Source: Acidimicrobiia bacterium
GTDB taxonomy: Bacteria; Actinomycetota; Acidimicrobiia; Spongiisociales; ZC4RG35
Direction: 5' to 3'
DNA length: 64,000 nt
Assembly (NCBI GenBank): GCA_035253825.1
Contig: DATFBM010000034.1
Coordinates: 24,839 to 88,838 of the forward strand
Both the position numbers and the translations under genes were made by a program. Positions 34,859-44,344 of this stretch are shown piece after piece. How positions within the stretch are numbered: the stretch's first letter is position 1; each line of letters starts with the position of its first letter. Below the pieces are notes generated by a model. That model made no database searches and was not told where the DNA came from. It saw nothing but the letters and a program-made list of their open reading frames with translations.

Positions 34859-36621
34859 CGCTCCCCCGTCTCCCAGAGGTCTCGCATCAAAGCCGAGTGC
34901 TCGAGAAGCTCCCGCAACTGGCCCCTAGCGACGATCCGGCCCCGATCCATCACCAGTATCTGATCGGCTCGCTCGAGCGCGGCCCGGCGGTGGGACACAA
35001 CCAGGCACGTCGCCTGGCGCTGCTCAAAGAGGCGCCGCCACAGCTCGCTTTCGGTCCGCAGATCGAGAGCCGAGGAGAGGTCATCGAATACCAGCAGCTC
35101 GGCCTCGGTGGCAAGCATCCGGGCTGCGGCCGAGCGCTGCACCTGGCCTCCGGAGAGCTTGACACCCCGGGCTCCCACCAGAGTCTCCAGGCCCTGTTCC
35201 ATGCGCTCGAGGTCGGGGTCGAGCACGGCCAACTGGACCGCCTCCCGGAGCCGCTCTCGCGTTGCCCGCTGTCCCAGGGCGATATTGTCGGCCAGGGACT
35301 CTGAGAACAGTCGAGGGACCTGTGCGGTGTAGGCCGAGCGAGGGGGCACAAAGAACGATGCCGGGTCTTCGACCAGCTTTCCATTCCATCGAATCTCCCC
35401 GGTAGCGGGAACCAGGCCGAGCAGGGCACGAACCAAGGTGCTCTTCCCGGATCCGATCTTTCCGGTGATGACCGTGAAGCTTCCTCGCCCGATCTCGAAG
35501 TCCACATCTTCCAAGCCCTCCTCGTTATCGGGGAAACGGTGACTGAGCCCCCTCACCGACAAGCGGTCGAACGTCTCGGCTTCCGTCGCCGGACCAGGCA
35601 CTTCGGGGACTTCTCCTTGCAATGAGACCGTGGTGGAAAGGTTGAGGAGGTCGTTATCCCGGGCATCGACCGCCAGACCCCGGATTCGTTCGAACGCGAC
35701 CCCGGTTCGACGATGTTGGGCGATGATGTCGCCGATGAATGCCATGTAATCGGTAAGACGGGGAAGATACGTCAAGAACACCGTCAGCTCCCCGAGGCTC
35801 ATCGACTCCTCTGTGAGGGATCCGGCTCCGAAGATCAGGACGAACGCGATCCCGATCGTCGACATGTTGCGGTTGATACCGCGCAGGACTTCGGTGAGGA
35901 CCGTGTCGCGCATGGCCGCCCGATGTCGGATTCGATTGAGGCCTTGAAAGCGGGTCATGACCTGCTCTTCGGCCCGGAAGAGCTTGATCGCCTGGACGGC
36001 GCCGAAGGTCTCGCCGACGAAGCCGGTGACGTCGTCGGTGGCCGCGCGCATCGCCCGGCGACGGGCCCGAATCTGGGGACCGAGAGCCTGGGTCAGGAGG
36101 GCGGTCAAAAGCAATGGAACCAATAGGAACCCGGTCAGGCGCAAATCGATCGTCGCCATGATCACGATCGAACCGAGGCCAAAGATGACGAGGCCGCCCA
36201 TGTCCACCCAGTTCTCGAGATACTCGAGCAAGTCTTCGACGTCGTCGCGAAAAGTGCTGACCGCCTCCCCCGGTGAGAGTGGGAGAACACGGCTGCGGGG
36301 AGCCTCAAGGAGCCAGCGGAGGAGATTGCGTTGGACAAGCAGAGTGACTTCGTTCCAATGCTTGATCCATTCGACATCCCCGAGCCAGATGATTCCGTTT
36401 CGGCCGATGGCCAAAGCGCTGAAGATCGCCACCGGCGTCCAGGCGGTTTGAGCGATATCGGAGCTGCCGGCGAGCCGATCGAATACGGTGCCGATCAGCA
36501 GACCGAAGAGCAAAGGCGAAGCGTGGACCAGTGCCCAGACCGTGAAGCAGAACATGAACCGGCCGGTCCGGTAGCGGATCAGCTCCCGAATGATCTCAAG
36601 AGTGCTGAGATTCTTCGTCAC
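34855..36621 (-). CDS. ABC transporter permease/ATPase (heterodimeric exporter, subunit 2).
   Basis: TM domain plus an NBD carrying LSGGQ and a Walker B motif; 4-nt overlap with the upstream paralogue. Confidence 0.85.
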   Translation of the reverse strand: MTKNLSTLEIIRELIRYRTGRFMFCFTVWALVHASPLLFGLLIGTVFDRLAGSSDIAQTAWTPVAIFSALAIGRNGIIWLGDVEWIKHWNEVTLLVQRNLLRWLLEAPRSRVLPLSPGEAVSTFRDDVEDLLEYLENWVDMGGLVIFGLGSIVIMATIDLRLTGFLLVPLLLTALLTQALGPQIRARRRAMRAATDDVTGFVGETFGAVQAIKLFRAEEQVMTRFQGLNRIRHRAAMRDTVLTEVLRGINRNMSTIGIAFVLIFGAGSLTEESMSLGELTVFLTYLPRLTDYMAFIGDIIAQHRRTGVAFERIRGLAVDARDNDLLNLSTTVSLQGEVPEVPGPATEAETFDRLSVRGLSHRFPDNEEGLEDVDFEIGRGSFTVITGKIGSGKSTLVRALLGLVPATGEIRWNGKLVEDPASFFVPPRSAYTAQVPRLFSESLADNIALGQRATRERLREAVQLAVLDPDLERMEQGLETLVGARGVKLSGGQVQRSAAARMLATEAELLVFDDLSSALDLRTESELWRRLFEQRQATCLVVSHRRAALERADQILVMDRGRIVARGQLRELLEHSALMRDLWETGER

Positions 36622-38387
36622 AGATGACCGCCCTCCAACAAGCCGGGATCTCCTAGACGGAGCAGACCGGCGTAGAGGCTCCCGGGATCGGCGGCGAGTT
36701 CGGTTCGGGGCCCGTGCTCGGCGATTTTCCCCTCATCTACCACCATGATCTCGTCTGCAGTGCGGACGGTCTCCAACCTATGGGCGATGATGAAGACGGT
36801 GCGACCGGCGAAGAGTCGCTCGGACGCGACCGCCAGGACCGACTCCGTGGCGGGATCGAGGCGAGAGGAAGGCTCATCGAGGATCACCACCCCCGGGTCC
36901 TGGAGGAACACCCGGGCAAAGGCCAATAGCTGCTGTTCGCCGGCCGACAGACCCTGGCCTCCGGATCCGAGCTCGGTGTCGAGCCCAATCAAGCGGGCCC
37001 AATCTCCCAGACCCGTCCGATCGAGCACGGCGAGGATTTCCTCATCGGCTCGCTCCCGAAAAAGGGTCAGGTTGTCACGAACCGAGGCCCGGAAAAGCTG
37101 AACGTCCTGGGTGACCACGCCCAGAGCTCTACGTAGGGAATCGGGCTCGACCGTCCTCAAATCGATCCCCCCCACCCGCACCTCGCCTTGAGTGGGCTCG
37201 TAGAGGTGTGAAATGAGCCGTGTGATCGTCGTCTTCCCCCCACCGGTGCGGCCGAGCAGGCCGAGAACGGTTCCAGCCTCAATCCGGAAGCTGACCCGAT
37301 CAAGCACCAGCCGATCTTCGTAGGCGAACGACACATCATCGAGCTCGACCGACAGCGGTCCCGGTGGCATCTGGTGCTCGCCGACTGAGATGGAGGTCCG
37401 AAGCCTCCGTAGTTGATCGATGCGGATGAGCCCGCCGGCCGCCTTCTGGAGACGCTGCAGCTCCTGGGTCACCTGCTCGATCGGACGTCGCACCAATTGG
37501 GCGTACTGCAGGATCAGGTAGGCGGTACCGATCGTGACCGAGTCGGCCAGAACCAGCCAGGTCCCCACCGCCAGGGCCAAAGCGTCCCCGACCCAAAACA
37601 CTGTATTGGCTGTCACCCAAACGATTACTCGCTTGCGCCACGCCGCGGTCGTGCGGCGGTAGTAATCACGCATCACCGGAATGAAGCGAGACATGGTGAA
37701 GCGACCCGCCCCCAAGGCACGGATGTCCTCGATGCCTGCCAGCCGCTCTTCGATGAAGCCATAGAGGACCGCGGAGACCTCCCGCTCTTCTTCTGCGGCT
37801 TGCACCGGAAGGTTACGGAGGCTCCAGAGCAGACCGAGGACCCCGAGCACGTAGACCGTCAGTGACACCCCCATCACCGGATCTTTGGACCAGGAGATGA
37901 CGAGCACCCCCAACAACAGCGCCCCGGCGCCGAGCAGGCGAACGAGGAAACGCGAGATGAAATCGGAAACGGCGGTGACGTCGCCATCAACCCTCTCGAT
38001 CATCTCTCCCGGGGTGGTGTCGTTGTGATAGCCCATGTCGAGGGAAAGGAGGTGGCGCCCGAGATCCTCTCGCAGTCGATTGGTGGCGCTCCAGCCAATG
38101 TCGGTGCCGAGATAGGAAGTAAAGGCATCAAGTAGCTGGTTGACGACGCCCGCCAGCAGATAGGCAATCCCGATACCGACCAGACCGTCAACCGCGACCC
38201 GCGAGCCCACTTGATCGATGAATCGAGCCAGCAGCTGCGGGACTACCAGTTGCAGACCAATCGAGGCCAGCAACGCCACCAAGAGCAGCGTGGCTCGACC
38301 CCGCAGGGGGGCGAGATAAGTGGTAAGAGTGGTGCGATAGGAAGGAGTAGTCACTTGCGGCTTGACGCCATCGGAGAGCGCGGTCAT
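36618..38387 (-). CDS. ABC transporter permease/ATPase (heterodimeric exporter, subunit 1).
   Basis: TM domain plus an NBD carrying LSAGEQQLLAFAR and ILDEPSS. Confidence 0.85.
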   Translation of the reverse strand: MTALSDGVKPQVTTPSYRTTLTTYLAPLRGRATLLLVALLASIGLQLVVPQLLARFIDQVGSRVAVDGLVGIGIAYLLAGVVNQLLDAFTSYLGTDIGWSATNRLREDLGRHLLSLDMGYHNDTTPGEMIERVDGDVTAVSDFISRFLVRLLGAGALLLGVLVISWSKDPVMGVSLTVYVLGVLGLLWSLRNLPVQAAEEEREVSAVLYGFIEERLAGIEDIRALGAGRFTMSRFIPVMRDYYRRTTAAWRKRVIVWVTANTVFWVGDALALAVGTWLVLADSVTIGTAYLILQYAQLVRRPIEQVTQELQRLQKAAGGLIRIDQLRRLRTSISVGEHQMPPGPLSVELDDVSFAYEDRLVLDRVSFRIEAGTVLGLLGRTGGGKTTITRLISHLYEPTQGEVRVGGIDLRTVEPDSLRRALGVVTQDVQLFRASVRDNLTLFRERADEEILAVLDRTGLGDWARLIGLDTELGSGGQGLSAGEQQLLAFARVFLQDPGVVILDEPSSRLDPATESVLAVASERLFAGRTVFIIAHRLETVRTADEIMVVDEGKIAEHGPRTELAADPGSLYAGLLRLGDPGLLEGGHL

Positions 38388-38473
38388 TTGGGGTTTGGTT
38401 TTCGGGTTTCGACGGCGGGATAAGGAGACGTGGTGAAGAGTGCGGTCATTTCACGGAACCCCCGAACCTACCG

Positions 38474-39244
38474 TTGAGTCTTGATCGACGAGGCCGATTT
38501 AGAACGTCGATGACGATCAAGTTTTTCACGGCCCTATTGATCTTCCTCCTGGCTGTGGTACCGCCGGCCGCGGCGGCGAGCGGTGTTCCTGGCGAGGTCA
38601 TCAACAATCCCTTGCCTCCCGACCTTCGCCCGGGATCGGTGGGGGCCACGGTCGCGGATCTGCAAGCCCGGCTACTGGATGCCGGCTTCTTTCCGGGACG
38701 GACGGACGGCGTGTACGGCCGGCAGACGGTGGGAGCCGTGCTCGCCTTTCAAAAGCTCTATGACCTCGAGCGAACCGGCATCTTCCGTCAAGACGACTGG
38801 CATCTACTGGGAAGAGAGATCACCGGCCCGGGCCCGGCGCCTGAACCCGACCGAGTCGAAGTCGACCTGCGCCGTCAGGTCTTGTATTTGATCGAAGCCG
38901 AATCGGTAGCTGGGGTGTTTCCGATCTCCTCGGCCAACGGAGAGTCTTATCGCAACTCCCGCGGACGATTGATCCGAGCCGTCACTCCCGAGGGTCGCTT
39001 CGAGTTCCGACGCAGCCGTCAGGGATGGTGGGAGTCATATTTGGGCTTCCTTTATTCACCGTTCTACTTCTACGGCGGCTATGCCCTCCATGGGTCGAGG
39101 TCGGTTCCAGCGTTCCCGGCGTCGCATGGTTGCGTGCGAGTCGAGATCGAAGATATGGACTTCCTGAAGACCCGAATCCAGCTGGGGATGCCGATATACC
39201 TCTACGGCCACTCGGTGAGTCGCGACGAACTGATTACGCCTTAG
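38474..39244 (+). CDS. L,D-transpeptidase (YkuD domain) with a peptidoglycan-binding domain.
   Basis: PG_binding_1-like segment ([21 protein letters not shown]...FQ) and the catalytic SHGCVRV motif. Confidence 0.8.
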   Translation: MSLDRRGRFRTSMTIKFFTALLIFLLAVVPPAAAASGVPGEVINNPLPPDLRPGSVGATVADLQARLLDAGFFPGRTDGVYGRQTVGAVLAFQKLYDLERTGIFRQDDWHLLGREITGPGPAPEPDRVEVDLRRQVLYLIEAESVAGVFPISSANGESYRNSRGRLIRAVTPEGRFEFRRSRQGWWESYLGFLYSPFYFYGGYALHGSRSVPAFPASHGCVRVEIEDMDFLKTRIQLGMPIYLYGHSVSRDELITP

Positions 39245-39956
39245 TGTCCGCCAACAGAGCTTCGAGCGCGATTTCCACCATGGAATTGAAGGTCTGCTCG
39301 CGCTCGAGGGAAGTCGTTGCTTCCCCGGAGCGGATGTGGTCCGAGATGGTGAGAATCGACAGGGCTCTCGCTCCCTTCTCGGCCGCCACCCCATAAAGCC
39401 CGGCTGCCTCCATTTCCACCGCTAGCACCCCCATGCCCTCCAGCACATCCCATACCTCGTTCTGCGGGTTGTAGAAAAGATCGGCCGAGAACACGTTGCC
39501 CACCGCCGCGTCGACACCCAGTGCGGCGGCGGCGTCGACTGCAGCCCGGGCCAACCCGAAGTCGGCGATGGCGGAGTAGTCCCAACCGTGAAACCGAGCC
39601 CGGTTGACTCCCGAGTCAGTGCATGCTCCGGTGGCGATCACCACGTCCCGCAGCTTGATTGAGTTGGAGATGCCGCCGGCGGAGCCAACGCGCACCAACC
39701 GCTTGCACCCATATTCCGCCACCAGTTCCGTGGCGTAGATCGAAGCAGAGGGGATACCCATCCCACTCCCCATCACCGATACCGGCATCTCCTTATAGAC
39801 CCCGGTGTACCCGAGCATGTTCCGAACCGCGGTCACCTGACGAGCGTCGTCGAAGAAGTTCTCTGCAATGTGCTTGGCCCGCAATGGATCGCCCGGCATC
39901 AATACGCATTCAGCGAAGTCTCCGGCCTCGGCGGAAATGTGGGGCGTGGGCATCAA
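39234..39956 (-). CDS. deoD: Purine nucleoside phosphorylase, DeoD-type.
   Basis: The N-terminus ...[29 protein letters not shown] matches the DeoD consensus. Confidence 0.85.
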   Translation of the reverse strand: MMPTPHISAEAGDFAECVLMPGDPLRAKHIAENFFDDARQVTAVRNMLGYTGVYKEMPVSVMGSGMGIPSASIYATELVAEYGCKRLVRVGSAGGISNSIKLRDVVIATGACTDSGVNRARFHGWDYSAIADFGLARAAVDAAAALGVDAAVGNVFSADLFYNPQNEVWDVLEGMGVLAVEMEAAGLYGVAAEKGARALSILTISDHIRSGEATTSLEREQTFNSMVEIALEALLADTKA

Positions 39957-40015
39957 GCTCCTCTAATCGGGGAGCAGCAATCTATTCGGGGGTCCCGCAT
40001 GGGGCGGGCGATCCG

Positions 40016-40327
40016 CTATGGGGTGGCTTGAGCCTGGCGGATGCGCTCGGCGAGGCCGAAACGGCTCTTGGGAGCCCGTAGGTCAACCACGGCCCCGATC
40101 GAATCGGAGAAGCCAGCCGGGTCGCCCGGTTGGAACTCGTAGCTGACATAGCCGTCGGAGAGCTGGAAGCGGAAGACGCTCATGCGCTCGCAGGAGACCT
40201 GCGCCTGGTCCCAGGAGACCAAGCGGCGGCGGTCGGTCCAAATCCTCACCCGGCCGTCTTCGATCTGTACGGAGGCCCGAACGGGCGGCTCATCATTGCG
40301 ATAGAGCTGACCAACGAAAACCGACAT
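40016..40327 (-). CDS. Hypothetical protein of 103 aa.
   Basis: ORF with GC3-rich codon usage lying in an intergenic slot; no recognisable motif. Confidence 0.4.
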   Translation of the reverse strand: MSVFVGQLYRNDEPPVRASVQIEDGRVRIWTDRRRLVSWDQAQVSCERMSVFRFQLSDGYVSYEFQPGDPAGFSDSIGAVVDLRAPKSRFGLAERIRQAQATP

Positions 40328-40411
40328 CGACTCCCCTTCTTCCGTAGGTCAGACTAGGCCTCCGGACCTACCTCGGCAAGAGGCAACCGGGCGCGGTCAT
40401 AATCGGTCGAG

Positions 40412-40825
40412 ATGTCGGAAAAGGGCCGCCGCCTCCTGAATTTGGCTCGAGTGGCGACCCTGGCAACCATCAATCCCGATGGGAGCCCGCACGTCATCCC
40501 CATCGTCTTCGCCATCGTCGGTGACCGACTGGTGACCGCTGTCGACCGGAAGCCCAAACAAGACCTCAATCTGGCCCGGCTCCGGAACATCAGATCCGAT
40601 CCCCGGGTCTCGGTCCTTGCCCACCACTATGCCGAAGGATGGCATCACCTCTGGTGGGTGCGGGTGGACGGCCACGCCAAAGTGGTTTCGGAGGATCCGG
40701 AAGCTATAGCTGCTCTCAAGGCTCGCTACTCCCAGTACAACCAGTACGAGATCACGGGGCCGGTGATCACCGTGGCGATGGAGCGCATCCGGGTGTGGGT
40801 GGCCGACCCCCGCTTTCAGGGATAG
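40412..40825 (+). CDS. PPOX-class (pyridoxamine 5'-phosphate oxidase-like) F420-dependent enzyme.
   Basis: LATINPDGSPHVIPIVF...GDRL is typical of the TIGR03618 family split-barrel enzymes. Confidence 0.75.
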   Translation: MSEKGRRLLNLARVATLATINPDGSPHVIPIVFAIVGDRLVTAVDRKPKQDLNLARLRNIRSDPRVSVLAHHYAEGWHHLWWVRVDGHAKVVSEDPEAIAALKARYSQYNQYEITGPVITVAMERIRVWVADPRFQG

Positions 40826-40977
40826 CCGAGCGGCATCCCCCAGTGGATGTTGAGCGCCTCGCGCATGTTGAGGCTGAAGTCGGAGAAGAACGTTCCCTGT
40901 GGTGCCATTGGTCCGAGGAGTATCAAGGCCAAGAGGGCGACCAGCGCCAACGCCACCAGCCGGACAAAAAGCCTCAT
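40816..40977 (-). CDS. Candidate small membrane protein of 53 aa (not in the ORF track).
   Basis: Hand translation gives MRLFVRLVALALVALLALILLGPMAPQG..., with an AGGATGA purine-rich stretch about 9 nt upstream. It lies 4 bp downstream of the MTHFS gene on the same strand. Confidence 0.3.
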   Translation of the reverse strand: MRLFVRLVALALVALLALILLGPMAPQGTFFSDFSLNMREALNIHWGMPLGYP

Positions 40978-40981
40978 CTCT

Positions 40982-41521
40982 TCATCCTGTCATTCGATAG
41001 CCCGACTCGGTTGCGATCGCATTCATCCAGACATCAGTCTCAGTCATCGGAAGGCGCTCGACTACCCGGCGATCGACTGTAATTCCAATCAACCAGGGCC
41101 GTGGCTCAAGGCTGCTCAGCAGTTGGTCGTAATAGCCGCGGCCATGGCCGAGGCGTGCGCCTGCAGCTGAAAACAGAACCCCGGGAACCAGAACCGCCTC
41201 GATGACCGCCGGATCCATCAATTCCGCCTCGGCCGTCGGCTGCAAATACCCAAACGGATGCGTTTCCAGCGAGCCCTCGAGGCGATGAATGGTCAGCGGG
41301 CCTTGACGGGGGGTGCGGGTGACGCCGAGGGAGAAGGCAGGATCATCGTGCAGGCAAGCGAGACTGACCTCCCCCGGCATGGCGAGAAAGGTGAGGACCA
41401 CCTTGAGAGAATCCTGGCGAAGCGCTCGGGCCGCCACCGCGCAAACGGCGTCCGATTCGGCTTCAGTGACCGGCGAGATGCTCTTCGCCCAGTCCCTCCA
41501 TTCCGCCTTGGTCCGCGGCAC
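40982..41521 (-). CDS. 5-formyltetrahydrofolate cyclo-ligase family protein.
   Basis: GVLFSAAGARLGHGRGYYDQLL matches the MTHFS family motif. Confidence 0.75.
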   Translation of the reverse strand: MPRTKAEWRDWAKSISPVTEAESDAVCAVAARALRQDSLKVVLTFLAMPGEVSLACLHDDPAFSLGVTRTPRQGPLTIHRLEGSLETHPFGYLQPTAEAELMDPAVIEAVLVPGVLFSAAGARLGHGRGYYDQLLSSLEPRPWLIGITVDRRVVERLPMTETDVWMNAIATESGYRMTG

Positions 41522-41543
41522 CCCGACACCCTATCGTCGGCGC

Positions 41544-42260
41544 ATGCGGCGGTTGCTGGCACCCTTGCGGACGGTTCTAACGATGGTGATCGGGGTCGTA
41601 GCGACTTTGCTGGCGGCTCCCATTGCCATAGTCCTGGGACGCCTTCGACCGACGAGCCCGTTCATCGATCAGCTGGCGCGGGTTTGGAGCCGGCTCTGGC
41701 TCTGGGCATCGGGGACAACTCTCGTTGTCGAGGGCCGAGAGCACGTTGACCGCACTCGTTCGCATGTGGTCGTGGCCAACCACCTCTCGGTGCTCGACAT
41801 CATGGTTTGCTTTCTCGCCGTGCCCCTTCCCATCCGATTTCTGGCCAAGAAGGAGCTGTTTTCGATCCCCATTCTGGCCCCAGCCATGCGGGCGATTGGC
41901 ATCGTCGAGGTCGACCGCGAGGCGCGGTCGGCGATTCACGAGAACGTCAATCGGCAGGCCCGGGAGCTGGTGGCCTCGGGGAGATCGCTGATCATCTACC
42001 CAGAGGGGACCCGGAGCCGCGACGGCAGCCTGCGGCCGTTCAAGAAGGGTGCCTTCACTATGGCCATGGCCGGAGCCATACCCCTCCTCCCGCTCACGAT
42101 CGTGGGGACCCACGAGGCCTGGCCGGCCGGAAAGCTCTGGGTATTCGGGGGCGATGTCAAAGCGGTGATCCACCCCCCGATCGAGACGGCAGGCTTGGAG
42201 AAAGCCGAAACGACCAAGCTCGCGGCGCGGACCCGCGACATCATCGCCTCAGCGCTCTAG
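41544..42260 (+). CDS. plsC: 1-acyl-sn-glycerol-3-phosphate acyltransferase.
   Basis: HxxxxD motif (NHLSVLD), IYPEGTRS and an N-terminal TM segment. I chose the start at MRRLL; the ORF is open from 41313. Confidence 0.8.
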   Translation: MRRLLAPLRTVLTMVIGVVATLLAAPIAIVLGRLRPTSPFIDQLARVWSRLWLWASGTTLVVEGREHVDRTRSHVVVANHLSVLDIMVCFLAVPLPIRFLAKKELFSIPILAPAMRAIGIVEVDREARSAIHENVNRQARELVASGRSLIIYPEGTRSRDGSLRPFKKGAFTMAMAGAIPLLPLTIVGTHEAWPAGKLWVFGGDVKAVIHPPIETAGLEKAETTKLAARTRDIIASAL

Positions 42261-43744
42261 TCGTAAATTCCGGCCAGAAATGTTCGCTGGCCGCGGACGA
42301 TCACGAGGAAAGCACCGGCCGAAGTCACGATCTGATAACGATCGGCGGCTTCTTCCCCCTTCCACCACCGACCTAACAGCCGCCAAGGACCGGCCCAGTT
42401 GACCACCTGCTCCCAACGGGCGCCAAGCCGAACCCGATGCGGCATTCCTCCTTCCCACTCAATGTCGATTGGCATCGGTTCGGGAGGTACCAGCGCCGGA
42501 GCAGGACCGGGAGTGGCTCCGGGCCAAGGGGCGAGGGGATCGCGCTCGGCCGGGGCGGGTTCCTCGCCGAAGCGAAACCACAGCACTTGTTCCCCGGGCA
42601 CCCTTCCTCCCTGCCGCTCCCCCTGCAACACCGCATCCGGACCGACGAGGGATTGGACCCGGTGAAGTGCCCGCTCCGCCTCCGGTCGGTTGGCGTCATA
42701 GGCTTCCCAACCCATCTCCGATTGCTCCAGCAGAGCGAGTTGGCGCCCGCGGCCGGAAAGGTCGGAGGGATCAAGCCGGAGCCGGACCAGCCCGCCTCCC
42801 ACCCCTTCCCCTTCAACCCAGGCACGTAGCTGCCACCACACGCGTTCCGTCAGTGAGTACTCGAGGAAGGGATCGGCCGAACGCCACACCCTTCTCCGCA
42901 CCTGACCCCGAGCCGACTCGGCTTCGATCTCCACCCGATGAGGGGCGATCCCTTCCCGGCGCAGATCGTTCATCAATCGGGCCGAGAGAGCCCGAGCCGA
43001 GAAGGCCACCTGATCGAGGGATTCGAGCGGGTCGTCGTAGTGAGCCTCGACAGCCAGGTGAGGAGGAATGGAGCGGGGGTTGACCGGCCGATCCTCGCCG
43101 GTGGCGAGTTGGTGGGCGCGGAGGCCTTCTTCGCCAAAGCGTGAGGCAATCGCTGCCCGGGGAAGTTCACCGAGCGCTCCCAGAGTGGTCAATCCCAACC
43201 AGCGAAATGTGTCGATCATTTCCTCGCGATCGATGACCGAAATGTCGAGACGGGAAAGAAATTCCACGGTGTTCTCGACCACATTGGGTTCGTTCTCGGC
43301 GATCCGTGCCGCCCAATGGGCAGCAAAGGGACCGTCGGCCAATCCCACCCGGGCTCCCGGACCCGCCGTCCCCGTCACTTTGTCGAGAAGGATGTCCTCG
43401 CCGCCATAGAAACGAAGCGACCCTTCGATAGCGATCAGTACCAAACCGGGTTCGACCACTTCTACTCGCGGGACCAGATCTTCGAGCGAGGCGACCACCG
43501 GTTCGAACCGCCGGGTTTCCTCCCCCAGGTCACGGGCCTTGCTCGTTGCCGTCGGACAGAGTGCCTCGGACGCCCTTCTTCCCATGCCAATCGTGACCCC
43601 TGCTTGGCGGGCCAATTGGTTGGCGGCAGCTATTCGCTCCGTCTCTCCCCCGGATGCCCGACCTTCTTCGTATACGAAACCGGCAGCATCATCTGGCATC
43701 CCCTCGAGCGGCCAATCCGGGAACCAGACACAGATGGTTCGCAT
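42257..43744 (-). CDS. imuB: ImuB, a Y-family polymerase-like mutasome protein.
   Basis: The N-terminus MRTICVWFPDWPL is typical of ImuB/DinB-like proteins. It is coupled to the imuA' stop by a TGATG overlap. Confidence 0.75.
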   Translation of the reverse strand: MRTICVWFPDWPLEGMPDDAAGFVYEEGRASGGETERIAAANQLARQAGVTIGMGRRASEALCPTATSKARDLGEETRRFEPVVASLEDLVPRVEVVEPGLVLIAIEGSLRFYGGEDILLDKVTGTAGPGARVGLADGPFAAHWAARIAENEPNVVENTVEFLSRLDISVIDREEMIDTFRWLGLTTLGALGELPRAAIASRFGEEGLRAHQLATGEDRPVNPRSIPPHLAVEAHYDDPLESLDQVAFSARALSARLMNDLRREGIAPHRVEIEAESARGQVRRRVWRSADPFLEYSLTERVWWQLRAWVEGEGVGGGLVRLRLDPSDLSGRGRQLALLEQSEMGWEAYDANRPEAERALHRVQSLVGPDAVLQGERQGGRVPGEQVLWFRFGEEPAPAERDPLAPWPGATPGPAPALVPPEPMPIDIEWEGGMPHRVRLGARWEQVVNWAGPWRLLGRWWKGEEAADRYQIVTSAGAFLVIVRGQRTFLAGIYD

Positions 43745-44295
43745 CAGGCAGTGGCCTGTAGCTCCTGCCAGGGCAACGACTTCCCAGACACCTCCAAGGA
43801 GAGCTGCCTCGCGGTCAAGGCGCCGTGTCCCATATCGGGCCCTTCCCAGGAAACTGCCCTGCCCTGCAGACGCATATGGGTGATCCCGGCCGGGAGCTGA
43901 CCCCTAAGCGGCCTTAATGCCAACCCCGCTTTGCGAGCCCTGGTGAGAGCAGCCAAACGTCGAAGCTCGCTCTCCCCCACTCCCGGCGGGACTTCTGCGT
44001 AGACCGCCGCAACTCCCTCCAGAACTGCCGCACATACCTTTGCCCAGAGTTTTGGATTCGAGCAGCGGACAACCACCAGCCGGCTGGGTTTCACCCCCAC
44101 TTCCCAAGCAGCGAGCGGAGAGAACCATCCCCCGCGGGCATCGACCACCACTACCGTCCCCACCTGCGAGGGAGCGGTCAGAAGCGAGAGACCTACCCTG
44201 GTCAAACCCAGCCCGGCCGGTCCTTCCAACCCCACGATCTTCCCCGGAGCCAGTTCGATCGGAAGTTTTTGCGGCTGAGCCAGCGCCGTCAGCAT
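43744..44295 (-). CDS. imuA': ImuA' (RecA/SulA-like mutasome accessory protein).
   Basis: 183-aa protein with a degenerate P-loop-like GLEGPAGLGLTRVG, lying immediately upstream of imuB with a LexA box in its promoter. Confidence 0.65.
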   Translation of the reverse strand: MLTALAQPQKLPIELAPGKIVGLEGPAGLGLTRVGLSLLTAPSQVGTVVVVDARGGWFSPLAAWEVGVKPSRLVVVRCSNPKLWAKVCAAVLEGVAAVYAEVPPGVGESELRRLAALTRARKAGLALRPLRGQLPAGITHMRLQGRAVSWEGPDMGHGALTARQLSLEVSGKSLPWQELQATA

Positions 44296-44307
44296 TTGTC
44301 GACCCTA

Positions 44308-44323
44308 TCGAACAAATGTTCGG
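44308..44323. promoter_or_regulatory. LexA (SOS) box TCGAACAAATGTTCGG upstream of imuA'.
   Basis: Matches TCGAAC-N4-GTTCGA at 15 of 16 positions. A TAGGGT -10-like hexamer lies 6 nt upstream of the ATG (leaderless-type). Confidence 0.65.
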
Positions 44324-44344
44324 TCGTCAACCAGCCGGGCTACA

